A DNA stretch of 64,000 nucleotides from Candidatus Bipolaricaulota bacterium (GTDB lineage Bacteria; Bipolaricaulota; Bipolaricaulia; M55B111): positions 316 to 64,315 of the forward strand of contig JAGXKX010000002.1 of assembly GCA_018335015.1 (NCBI GenBank), read 5' to 3'. The notes beneath the pieces were generated by a model. The model was given only the letters and a program-made list of their open reading frames with translations. It did no database searches and had not been told where the DNA came from. A program made the translations under genes and the position numbers. This document shows positions 47,120-56,239 of the stretch, piece by piece; positions within the stretch are counted from its first letter, which is position 1, and every line of letters begins with the position of its first letter.

Positions 47120-48343
47120 ATGTTGAACGTAAAAGACGTTAAAAGAGACTTTCCCGTATTGAAAAATCGGGACGTGATATATCTGGATAACGCCGCCACA
47201 ACACTTACTCCAGAGCCGGTGATTCAGTCCCTTTCAGACTATTACGAAAACCTTGGCGCCAGCGTCCACAGGGGAATTTATCACCTGGCTGACGAGACTA
47301 CCGAAAAGTACGAAAGCTCTCGTAACAGAGTGGCCGATTTTATCGGAGCGGACTCTCCTGACGAAATTGTTTTCACCAAGAACTGCACGGAAGGGCTAAA
47401 TATAATTGCTTATTCCTTACATCTCTGGTCGGATATGGAAGGTAAAATACTTGTGACCGAAATGGACCACCACAGTAATATTCTTCCCTGGAAGTTTATG
47501 GTCGATGGGTCAGAGAGATTTGAACTGGAATACGTCGACGTGACGAAAGATGGGGTACTGGATATTGAGGACTACAAAAGCAAGCTATCCTCCGAGACCG
47601 TAGCCGTGGGGTTTCCCGGGATTTCGAACGTCCTGGGAACTGTTAATCCGGTAGAAAAAATTACGGACCTGGCTCACGAAAACGATGCCCTGGTGATTAT
47701 GGATGGAGCGCAATGGCTGCCACACAGGCCGTTCGACATCTTGGAACACGACCTTGACTTCCTGACTTTTTCCGCCCACAAGATGTTAGGACCGACCGGC
47801 CTGGGAGTTCTTTACGGCAAGAAAGAATTACTTAACCGGATGCCACCTCCTTTTGGAGGCGGGGAAATGGTTCTAAACGTTACCCGGGGGGAGGTTAAGT
47901 GGAGCGATCCTCCTCAAAAATTTGAACCAGGAACTACCCCGATTGCGCAAATAGTTGCTTTTGGATCCACGTTGAAGTACCTGGAGGGGCTTGAGATTGC
48001 CGAGATTGAAGAACACGTTAACGGGTTGACCCGGAGGGCTGTGAATAGGCTATCGGGGATACCGTATGTCAATATATACGGTCCCCGGGAGGGTGAACCT
48101 CGGGGAGGCCTTGTCTCGTTTAACGTTGAAGGAATTCATCCGCATGACCTGGCCACCGCGCTTGACTCTCTCGACAATATCGCCATCCGAGCAGGCCTTC
48201 ATTGTGCTCAGCCCCTGCACGAAGTAATGGGACTAAATTCTTCGGCCCGGGTGAGTTTTTACGTCTACAACGCTTCCGAGGACGTCGATCGGTTTATCGA
48301 CGCCGTTAAAGAAGCGAAAAAAATCCTGGGTGGTGAAAAATGA
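47120..48343 (+). CDS. sufS: cysteine desulfurase, SufS type
   Basis: The PLP lysine region SAHKMLGPTG and the catalytic cysteine loop RAGLHCAQP. It is followed by sufU. Confidence 0.9.
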   Translation: MLNVKDVKRDFPVLKNRDVIYLDNAATTLTPEPVIQSLSDYYENLGASVHRGIYHLADETTEKYESSRNRVADFIGADSPDEIVFTKNCTEGLNIIAYSLHLWSDMEGKILVTEMDHHSNILPWKFMVDGSERFELEYVDVTKDGVLDIEDYKSKLSSETVAVGFPGISNVLGTVNPVEKITDLAHENDALVIMDGAQWLPHRPFDILEHDLDFLTFSAHKMLGPTGLGVLYGKKELLNRMPPPFGGGEMVLNVTRGEVKWSDPPQKFEPGTTPIAQIVAFGSTLKYLEGLEIAEIEEHVNGLTRRAVNRLSGIPYVNIYGPREGEPRGGLVSFNVEGIHPHDLATALDSLDNIAIRAGLHCAQPLHEVMGLNSSARVSFYVYNASEDVDRFIDAVKEAKKILGGEK

Positions 48344-48711
48344 AGGACAAGCCAAAGATTTATAACCAAGACGTGTTGCACCATTATCAAAACCCATACA
48401 ATAAGGGTAAATTGGATGACCCCGATTTCAGCGTGACGGAGGAAAATCCAAACTGTGGGGACAGAATTACCCTGCAGTTAAAGCTAAAAGGAGACGAAAT
48501 CAGTAAAGTGAAATTTGACGGTCACGGTTGCGTGCTCAGCATCGGTGCCGCCTCAATACTTACTCAGATGGTCAGGGGATTAAGTGTCGGAGAGGCTTCG
48601 GAGTTAACTTTAGACGATCTGGTAGATAATATGGGAAATCCACCCAAGATGAGAAGAAACTGTGTTTCTTTATCCCTGGACGCTTTGAAAGATGCTCTTT
48701 CCGAGTGGTGA
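48340..48711 (+). CDS. sufU: SufU/IscU-type Fe-S cluster assembly sulfur-transfer protein
   Basis: Conserved cysteines in NPNCGD, GHGCVLS and RRNCVSLS. It overlaps sufS by 4 nt. Confidence 0.85.
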   Translation: MKDKPKIYNQDVLHHYQNPYNKGKLDDPDFSVTEENPNCGDRITLQLKLKGDEISKVKFDGHGCVLSIGAASILTQMVRGLSVGEASELTLDDLVDNMGNPPKMRRNCVSLSLDALKDALSEW

Positions 48712-48929
48712 GTTTCGGGGTTTATCAAAAACCCGATAATTGTGTGAACTAAGTTCAAGACGAAAAACCATTTTTTGAACGCGCTCATTTGCCAGATTCC
48801 CCTTCTTTACCCTAGAATCTTTGTGAATATAGAATTACCGATGTTAGTCCTGGGTTGTATTTTAGTTTAAAATATATTTTCCGGTGAATTTTATGGTTCT
48901 GGCTTGCAAATGAAAGGAGGAGGTAAAAT

Positions 48930-50132
48930 ATGCAAAAATTTGATTACGTTATAGTTGGAGCTGGCCTGGCGGGTGCTTCTGCAGTAAAAGGGGTTCGAGA
49001 AGAAGACCAGGAAGGATCGATCCTGCTTGTCGGCGAGGAAGAAGAGTTTCCCTATAACCGGCCACCGCTATCAAAGGACCTGTTGCTTGGTGATAAAACA
49101 GTAGGAGAAATAAGCATCGAGGACGAAGCTTATTTCACCGAGCATGAAGTTGAGCTGGAACTGGGGACCGAAATTACCGAGATTGACCCCGATAACAATC
49201 TGGTCACCAATAGCCGTGGTGAAAGTTATGAATACGAAAAGTTACTGCTTTCCACCGGAGGGTCTCCCAGGAAGCTGGATATTCCCGGCGGGCAACTCGA
49301 AGGAGCCAATTACTATAGGTATCTGGATGACTACCGTTCGCTGAGTGAAGGTATGAAAAGTGCAAATCGGGCAGTGGTGATAGGCGGCGGTTTTATCGGG
49401 TCGGAGATTACGGCCGGCCTCAACCTTAACGATATAGAAGTTTCCATGGTTTTTCCGGAGGATTATTTGCTGGAGAGAGTGTTTCCGAAGGAACTAGCGG
49501 CGGTAGTCCAGCGAGACTACGAGGACCGGGGAGTGAACGTGGTTGCGGGAGATAAACCGGTTCGGTTCAGAAAAGAATCTGACGGATTCGAGGTAAAAAC
49601 CGATCAGGGAAAGATACTTCAGGGCGACCTGCTGATCGTGGGAATAGGAATTTCCCCCGAAGACGATCTGGCAAAGGGGGCCGAGCTGAAAGTTTTTGAC
49701 GGGATAGAAGTCGACAAATATCTCCAGACCTCAGATACTGATATTTACGCGGCCGGTGACAACGCGTACTTTCCGTTTACCGATCTGGGTGAAAGTACTC
49801 GGGTGGAGCACTGGGATAACGCCAAGAGTCAAGGGAAGCTGGCCGGGCGAAATATGGCTGGTGCCGAAGAAGCTTACAATTACGTTCCCTACTTTTTCTC
49901 AGATCTGTTCGATTTCGGGTTTGAAGCAGTAGGAGAAGTGAATTCTAACTTAAATAACTTCGTCGATTGGAAGAAGAAAGGAGAAAAGGGAGTCGGTTAC
50001 TATCTCTCCGGGGACGGAAAGGTCAAAGGGGTTCTATTGCTTGGAGTTTGGGGAGCGAAGGGCGATGCGCGCGACCTAATAAAAAGCGAAGAAAGCTTTA
50101 CGAGAGAGGAACTCGTCGGGAAGATTGGCTAA
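48930..50132 (+). CDS. NAD(P)/FAD-dependent oxidoreductase (ferredoxin reductase / AIF-like)
   Basis: VIVGAGLAGASA, VVIGGGFIGSE, AAGD and EHWDNA motifs. Confidence 0.8.
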   Translation: MQKFDYVIVGAGLAGASAVKGVREEDQEGSILLVGEEEEFPYNRPPLSKDLLLGDKTVGEISIEDEAYFTEHEVELELGTEITEIDPDNNLVTNSRGESYEYEKLLLSTGGSPRKLDIPGGQLEGANYYRYLDDYRSLSEGMKSANRAVVIGGGFIGSEITAGLNLNDIEVSMVFPEDYLLERVFPKELAAVVQRDYEDRGVNVVAGDKPVRFRKESDGFEVKTDQGKILQGDLLIVGIGISPEDDLAKGAELKVFDGIEVDKYLQTSDTDIYAAGDNAYFPFTDLGESTRVEHWDNAKSQGKLAGRNMAGAEEAYNYVPYFFSDLFDFGFEAVGEVNSNLNNFVDWKKKGEKGVGYYLSGDGKVKGVLLLGVWGAKGDARDLIKSEESFTREELVGKIG

Positions 50133-50173
50133 ACGGATCCTAAAACAGGTGGCCCGTGGTTAAAGTCCTTTGA

Positions 50174-50374
50174 CTCTGTTCTTTCACAACGGCGGATTTG
50201 TCTGATTGGTCCGAATAGCTACTTCCTGTCCCTTACCTGGCTGCCGGATTCTGGCTACTGCTAAACTTTAAAGGTTAAACAGTTGCCAGGTAAAGGGCAG
50301 GAAGCCAGTGGTAAAAAATGAAGTCAACCTTCGTAAATTAAGTTTCGCTTTCATGCGATGGTAAAGGATTTTAG
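50174..50374 (+). repeat. MITE-like element, copy k (subfamily 2)
   Basis: Left arm CTCTGTTCTTTCACAACGGCGGATTTGTCTGATTGGTCCGAATAG aligns closely with the left arm of copy f. Core at 50222-50304. Right arm AATTAAGTTTCGCTTTCATGCGATGGTAAAGGATTTTAG. Confidence 0.9.
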
Positions 50375-50461
50375 TCGAGTAGCCGATAATTAAAAAGATT
50401 AGGTTGGCCCAGCAATTTTCTCGGAGTCATAGTCCGTGAATGTTTTCAGGAGGTAAACCTT

Positions 50462-51193
50462 TTGAGTGAAACTACGGCCTTGGTTACCGGTGCTGCCAGG
50501 CGGATCGGTCGAGAAATCGCCTTTTCTCTTGCCGAGGAAGGCGTGAACGTCGTAATACATTACAGGACGTCTTCGGAAGAGGCCGCAGAGCTACACGACA
50601 AATTGCGGGAGGTTGGGGTCGGGGCTCCTTTATTACAGGCTGACTTAAAAGACGCGACGGACCTGAACGGGTTAATACCCGAGGCAACTAAAAAGGCCGG
50701 TAAAATAGACTATCTGGTCAATAACGCGGCCGTGTTTCCCCGAGGAAGCCTGGAAGAACTAGAGTTCGCAGAACTGGTCGATAACATTCGAATCAATAGC
50801 TGGGCGCCTTTTTACCTGGCTAGGTCTTTCGTAAAGTCGCATGAAGGTGGAAAGGTAGTCAATATCCTAGATACCCGTGTGGCCGGGTACGATTGGGATC
50901 ATGCCGGTTATTATTTTAGTAAGGTACTGCTGGCGAGGATGACAAAAATGATGGCGTTGAAGTTCGCTCCGGAATTTGCAGTCAATGGAGTTGCTCCCGG
51001 GTTGATCACACCTCCCGAAGGTCTCGACGAGGAGTACTTGAGAAACAGGACAGACCGGGTTCCATTAAAGAAACGGGGCCGAGAGGAAGACGTAGCTCGG
51101 GCCGTCTCTTACCTCTTGAAGACGAATTTCGTGACCGGGCAGATTCTGTATATAGACGGGGGTAGAAACTTACTTCACGAGCTGGAGGGTTGA
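50462..51193 (+). CDS. SDR-family oxidoreductase, pteridine reductase-like
   Basis: The TGAARRIGREIA cofactor motif (the RIG variant I associate with PTR1/FolM-type enzymes) and a YxxxK-type region (YYFSK). It is directly followed by folB. TTG start with AGGAGG RBS. Confidence 0.75.
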   Translation: MSETTALVTGAARRIGREIAFSLAEEGVNVVIHYRTSSEEAAELHDKLREVGVGAPLLQADLKDATDLNGLIPEATKKAGKIDYLVNNAAVFPRGSLEELEFAELVDNIRINSWAPFYLARSFVKSHEGGKVVNILDTRVAGYDWDHAGYYFSKVLLARMTKMMALKFAPEFAVNGVAPGLITPPEGLDEEYLRNRTDRVPLKKRGREEDVARAVSYLLKTNFVTGQILYIDGGRNLLHELEG

Positions 51194-51194
51194 G

Positions 51195-51545
51195 ATGGAC
51201 AGGATAAAGATCAACGATTTATCCATAAGGACGATTATCGGTACAGAGGATTACGAAAGGGAATCCAAGCAAGAAGTCATCGTCAACGTAACTCTGTTCA
51301 CTGACGTCTCCGTAGCCGGAAGCGCGGACGAGTTAGAGCGTACCGTAGATTACAGCAAGGTAAAGAACGAGATATACGAGATGGCAGTGAATTCGGAGTT
51401 CAAACTTATTGAATCTCTGGCAGAAGAAATCGCGAGGATTGCTCTGGCTGAAGACGGTGTTGCCAGAACTAAAGTGTCGGTCCAGAAACCCTCCGCGTTG
51501 AGATTTACTCGTAGCGCCGAAGTGGAAATAGTTCGGGAAATTTAA
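51195..51545 (+). CDS. folB: dihydroneopterin aldolase
   Basis: 116-aa ORF. IGTEDYERESKQEVIVNV ... VDYSKV ... LIESLAEEIA is typical of FolB. Confidence 0.85.
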   Translation: MDRIKINDLSIRTIIGTEDYERESKQEVIVNVTLFTDVSVAGSADELERTVDYSKVKNEIYEMAVNSEFKLIESLAEEIARIALAEDGVARTKVSVQKPSALRFTRSAEVEIVREI

Positions 51546-51579
51546 CTATTTTTGCAACTAAACAAGGAATGAAGCATCT

Positions 51580-53400
51580 ATGAAGTCCGATAAAGGAAAA
51601 TTTAAAACTGACTCCTTAGAGCTAAGGTACTCTGCTGTGTTTGAAAATACCGGCACTGCGACAATTATCATTGAAAGCGATACCACTATCTCAGCCGCCA
51701 ACAAAGAGTTTGAAAACCTATCAGGGTATAGTAAAGGTGAAATTGAAGGGGAAAAGAGCTGGACGGAGTTTTTTGCCGAGGCCAAGCTAGACTTGATGAA
51801 GGACTATCACCGCAGGAGGAGGGAGGAGCCCGAGGAAGCCCCCAATAGGTACGAGACCCTCTTCGTAGATAGGTATGATAACGTAAAAGAAGTGCTCGTA
51901 AGTATAGATATGATTCCGGAAACGAAAAAGAGCGTGGCCTCGATATCGGATATTTCCGAACAGAAGGAAACCGAAAGAAAACTGAAAGCAGTAGAGAGAA
52001 TATCGCGAGACCTTGTTCTGGCGAAGGACAAGGACGAGCTATATCGGTTAATTCTTGACGGAATAGATGAAGTATTTGGTTTTGATAATACGAGTATACT
52101 GGAACGAAAGGAGGGAGGGCTCCAGATAGTCGTGGGACGAGAAGGTCAATCTGAAGCCAGGGGTAGACTGCTTTCTCTTGACCATTCCTCTGTCACTGTG
52201 GCGGCTTTCACCGAGAACCGGTCCATTTACGTACCGGACGTCGAAGAAGACGACCGGTATATTCCCGCGACCGCTGAATCCCGAACAAAATCGGAGTTCG
52301 CGGTACCGATATCAGTGGAAGGGAAGTCCTATGGAGTACTGAATATCGAGGACGATGAACTCGACGCTTTTTCCGTCCGAGACAGAGAGATGATCACTAT
52401 ACTAACTGCGGAAGTGGACGTAGCCCTGAGGGGGCTGGAAAGAATGAATCGACTGGAAGAGTCGAGGAGAAAAATGAAGGGGCTACACAAAGCCGTGGAT
52501 AGAACTCAAACATGTGAAACCGAGGAAGAATTGTTTGAAACCGCGGTTGAAACTTTGCAGGAGATACTGGAATACGAGCTGTGCTCTATCGACCGGGTTG
52601 AAGGAGACCAACTTGTGCCCCAGGCGAACTCGGCTGAAATCAAGCCTGACGATACTGTAACCGGACAAGTGGGCGAAGGAATTGGCGGAAAGACGGCGGA
52701 GAGTGGTGAAACTATATGGGGCGATGACGTCCAGAACCGAGCCGATGCCAGGCCGACGAAAGATAATTTTCACGGTTTCATCAGCGTTCCTATAGGCGAC
52801 ATAGCCGTAATGCAGGTGGTATCGACGAAAGTCGGTGCTTTTAATGAAGGGGACGTGGAGCTAGTAGAAATACTGGCGGACCATCTTCTTGGGGAATTAA
52901 AGAGAGTGGGGCTGGAGAAAGAGTTAAAGGATCAAGCGATACGGGACCCGCTCACGGGCCTGTACAATCGAAGATTCTTAGAAAAAGTTTTGCAGAAAGA
53001 GGAAGAGAGGGTAAAGAGGTACGGAGGAGCCGTCGCTTTATTGATGGTCGACCTGGACGACTTTAAACGGATAAACGATAACTATTCTCACCTGATCGGG
53101 GACAAGGTATTGCAGGAGGTCTCGGATGTTTTGTCGAAAACGATGAGGGGGGCGGACACAATCGTCAGGTACGGGGGAGACGAGTTCCTAATTTTCATCC
53201 CCGAGTTCGATGACAACCTGGAAAGTATTGTAGAAAGGTTAGAAAAAGAAGTCAAAAGATGGAATCGGTATTCTGACCTTATTGATGAGGAACTCGGTCT
53301 TACCGTTGGAACTGCCGTCTGGGATTCACCGGAAAACAGAGACATCGAAGAATCTCTTAAAGAAGCGGACAACTGGTTGTATAAGAGAAAAGAAGAATAA
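51580..53400 (+). CDS. PAS-GAF-GAF-GGDEF diguanylate cyclase
   Basis: N-terminal PAS-like region, two GAF-like regions and a C-terminal GGDEF domain (DPLTGLYNRR, RYGGDEFLIF). Confidence 0.85.
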   Translation: MKSDKGKFKTDSLELRYSAVFENTGTATIIIESDTTISAANKEFENLSGYSKGEIEGEKSWTEFFAEAKLDLMKDYHRRRREEPEEAPNRYETLFVDRYDNVKEVLVSIDMIPETKKSVASISDISEQKETERKLKAVERISRDLVLAKDKDELYRLILDGIDEVFGFDNTSILERKEGGLQIVVGREGQSEARGRLLSLDHSSVTVAAFTENRSIYVPDVEEDDRYIPATAESRTKSEFAVPISVEGKSYGVLNIEDDELDAFSVRDREMITILTAEVDVALRGLERMNRLEESRRKMKGLHKAVDRTQTCETEEELFETAVETLQEILEYELCSIDRVEGDQLVPQANSAEIKPDDTVTGQVGEGIGGKTAESGETIWGDDVQNRADARPTKDNFHGFISVPIGDIAVMQVVSTKVGAFNEGDVELVEILADHLLGELKRVGLEKELKDQAIRDPLTGLYNRRFLEKVLQKEEERVKRYGGAVALLMVDLDDFKRINDNYSHLIGDKVLQEVSDVLSKTMRGADTIVRYGGDEFLIFIPEFDDNLESIVERLEKEVKRWNRYSDLIDEELGLTVGTAVWDSPENRDIEESLKEADNWLYKRKEE

Positions 53401-53416
53401 CCTCCGACCGAACCCG

Positions 53417-55120
53417 TTAAAATTTGAATCCGAAATTGAGAACTGGCCCGCGGCGATTGTGGAAAATTAAGTCTATCGAATATCGATCACCATCAACACC
53501 TATGCCGCCGTGAACCGTTAAATGGGGGTCTATGCCAAGACGTGCGTCCCTTTTTATTTCAAACATAGGCCTAATGTTGCCGAGGTTACTGGTTTGGCTT
53601 TCCAGGGGTTCAAGGTGGGCCTTGGGCTGAAGGGCCAGACCGGAACCAATTCTTAGGTGAAACCCTCGAAATAAATCCAGTTCGTATCCGAAGTTTCCTT
53701 CCAATTCTGGACCGTAATTCAGGACTTCAACTCCTTCCCAGGAACCTGACACCCAGTTTATTTCCTGGAAAACCTCCGGGTTTCCCGTCGTTCGGAAGGA
53801 AACGCCGAATACGAAGTTGTTCACCTCTATTTCTGATCCGAGCGAAAAAACGTATCCAAATATTCCTCCCCCGTTGAACCTCAGACTTAGTTCCGGTTTG
53901 CCGGTCCGGGAATCAGGTTCCTTTTCCACCGGCGGCCGTAAATTAACACTAATATTCTTTTCCCGCTCCGGGGTTAGGGTTAAAACCCGTTCCCACTGAT
54001 CGTAGCCTTTTTTTCTCAGAACCATTTGCAGGCGTTTGTCTGCCTGAAGTCTGAGCTCAGTTGGCGTTGTCCCTCTGTAAGTCCCGTCGACGTAGAGACT
54101 GGCTTTCGAAGGCGACGATTCTACCGAGACCCGGGAGAACTTAATATTACGTAGATTGATTTCGAGGTTCCTGTTAAGGTAGGGTTGGATATCTATAACT
54201 TCCTCCCAGACCTCGTATCCCTGCTTGCTTACCCTGACCTTCCTGTTGCCGCTTTCCGTGAAAAAACTTACCGGGGTCTTTCCCTGGAACTTGCCATCCA
54301 CGTATACATCCGCCCCTTTTGGTGTCGATTTTACGGTTAATCGGGTTATCGTGGTGGGTCGAAGGTCAGCCTCAATTCTTTTTTTCTTATAGGGCTGAAC
54401 TAAAACGGTAGTGGACCAGTGCTCGTAGTTGGAGCGTTTTAGAGTTACTTCTCTGGTTCCCGGCTCTACCGAGACCGTTCCCGGCGTCGTGCCCACGAAG
54501 TTCCCGTCCACGTAGACCTCGGCACTCTGCGGGGAAGAGTCCACCGATAAGTCCGACAGCCTTTTTGTTACCTTGACCATGGCCCAAGTTGTTGCCCAGT
54601 CATTCTGGGAGACATCCGAAGATATTTTCTCCTTCCCCGTAAGGGCAAAAGATTGAGCGCTACGGGAAAGTCTGGGAAAGGGGTTTTCCTTAAACTCTGC
54701 CTGGTCTATCGAAGTAAAAAGTCCAAGAGGCTTGGTGCTGGCTATTGCCCCCAGGTACTCGGTTCCTTCTTTCCCTCCGGTGACGAAACTATAACCATTG
54801 CCGGGCAGAGTGAAGTTTCCAGGACCCACACGATTGTTTTTATCGTATTTATTGGGGAAAAGTAGATTGACTCTCCCCTCCGTGTCGATATTATAAAGGT
54901 AAAGATACGCCTTTTTAGTAAGACCTATTTTCATTTCTACTTCCCCGCCCGGACGATAACGGGACCTGGTGAGTTCGATTTCAACCTCCAGGGCGGAGGA
55001 TTCTGGCGGTTTCGCTATTATCCCTTCAGGGGCCGGACCCCTATCCTGGGCCCGACCGGGGTAAACTAAAAATAAGAGGCCAAGAATAACGATTGAAGAA
55101 GTCTGGAGAACTTTTTTCAC
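53417..55120 (-). CDS. secreted DUF4384 - 3x PEGA - C-terminal beta-barrel protein (putative outer-membrane protein)
   Basis: GTG 55120 gives the signal peptide (M)KKVLQTSSIVILGLLFLVYPGRAQD. There are three PEGA repeats (SSPQSAEVYVDGNFVGTTP, STPKGADVYVDGKFQGKTP, SSPSKASLYVDGTYRGTTP). The last ~170 aa show an alternating pattern ending NFGFKF. The track start is 55162. Confidence 0.75.
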   Translation of the reverse strand: MKKVLQTSSIVILGLLFLVYPGRAQDRGPAPEGIIAKPPESSALEVEIELTRSRYRPGGEVEMKIGLTKKAYLYLYNIDTEGRVNLLFPNKYDKNNRVGPGNFTLPGNGYSFVTGGKEGTEYLGAIASTKPLGLFTSIDQAEFKENPFPRLSRSAQSFALTGKEKISSDVSQNDWATTWAMVKVTKRLSDLSVDSSPQSAEVYVDGNFVGTTPGTVSVEPGTREVTLKRSNYEHWSTTVLVQPYKKKRIEADLRPTTITRLTVKSTPKGADVYVDGKFQGKTPVSFFTESGNRKVRVSKQGYEVWEEVIDIQPYLNRNLEINLRNIKFSRVSVESSPSKASLYVDGTYRGTTPTELRLQADKRLQMVLRKKGYDQWERVLTLTPEREKNISVNLRPPVEKEPDSRTGKPELSLRFNGGGIFGYVFSLGSEIEVNNFVFGVSFRTTGNPEVFQEINWVSGSWEGVEVLNYGPELEGNFGYELDLFRGFHLRIGSGLALQPKAHLEPLESQTSNLGNIRPMFEIKRDARLGIDPHLTVHGGIGVDGDRYSIDLIFHNRRGPVLNFGFKF

Positions 55121-55314
55121 TCCTCCTACCTCCCCGGCAAGGTCCGGCTCTTTCTTTACCATTAATTCTATCCAATAGTTGGTGGAAGGGCAAAAACCGC
55201 TATTTTTTCTCCTCGACTGTCGCTGGTTACTATCTAGGGATGTGAAAAGCCGGGCGATTTCGGTAAACTTAAATTCAACGTGAAGTTTCTCGTTTCAGCT
55301 TTCAGGAGGTAAGA

Positions 55315-56112
55315 GTGGCTAGATCCGAAGAGAAAGAAATAGTTAGGTGGGAAAGCGGGCAAACAAAAAGGATTAGCGACGATATAGTGGTCGAGTCGTC
55401 CCTGGACCTGGTTGTCAATGACCGGGCTCTGGTTACGCTGATGTGCAGTCCCGAAGACCATAGAGCCCTGTCCGTAGGGTATTTGAGGACCGAAGGGTTA
55501 ATAGAGAGACGGAAAGACCTAAACGAGATAGACTACGAGCCGGAAGCACAACTGGTTGAGATGCGGATAGAGACCGATAACGCGGACCTGGAAGCTTATT
55601 TTTCAGAAAAGAGAGCATTGACTTCTGGCTGTGGCAACGCAAGGGCAGTAGTAGAAAAGCTGGGAGATCTTAAAGTAGAAGAAACCGAGACCGGGTTCTT
55701 TCCGGAGATCCCTCAACTGACCGAACTCATGAAAGAGCTTCAGAAAAAGGCTGAACTTTTCAAGAAAACCGGTGGGTCTCACACGGCAGCCCTGGCAGGT
55801 CCCGGCGGGATAGACTATCTGGCGGAAGACATAGGGCGACACAATGCCGTGGATAAGGTGATAGGCAAGTCAGTTATTGACGGTCGGGATCCGAAAGAGT
55901 TAGTCCTATTGACCAGTGGAAGGTTATCCTCGGAAATGGTTTCAAAAGCGATCCGTAGCTCGATTTCGAAAGTCGCATCCCGCTCTGCTCCTACTACTCT
56001 TGCAGTAAGAATGGGAAGAATTACCGGACTGGCAATGGTCGGTTTTGTTCGCGGGGGAAGGCTATCGATATATTCGGGCGAGGAAAGGTTTAAAAGTTTG
56101 AACGAACAATGA
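55315..56112 (+). CDS. fdhD: formate dehydrogenase accessory sulfurtransferase FdhD
   Basis: TSGCG cysteine loop, TGGSHTAAL and EDIGRHNAVDKVIG motifs. GTG start after AGGAGG. Confidence 0.85.
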   Translation: MARSEEKEIVRWESGQTKRISDDIVVESSLDLVVNDRALVTLMCSPEDHRALSVGYLRTEGLIERRKDLNEIDYEPEAQLVEMRIETDNADLEAYFSEKRALTSGCGNARAVVEKLGDLKVEETETGFFPEIPQLTELMKELQKKAELFKKTGGSHTAALAGPGGIDYLAEDIGRHNAVDKVIGKSVIDGRDPKELVLLTSGRLSSEMVSKAIRSSISKVASRSAPTTLAVRMGRITGLAMVGFVRGGRLSIYSGEERFKSLNEQ

Positions 56113-56239
56113 CGATTGCTGTATTGCCTCCGGCCCACCACTGGCTTGTAATAGCTGATTGGTTATCCTAAAATCTACAAGTTATTAACCCGCCTTCAGC
56201 TGGTAAGTGAACCTTTTTATTTGGGAGAGTTTTTATCCA

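Noticed and set aside
6037-50374. The recurring ~85-nt repeats as a CRISPR array
   Set aside because: Copies are kilobases apart in separate intergenic regions and occur in both orientations. Each is itself a long palindrome with inverted termini, and no cas genes are present. This is not CRISPR architecture.
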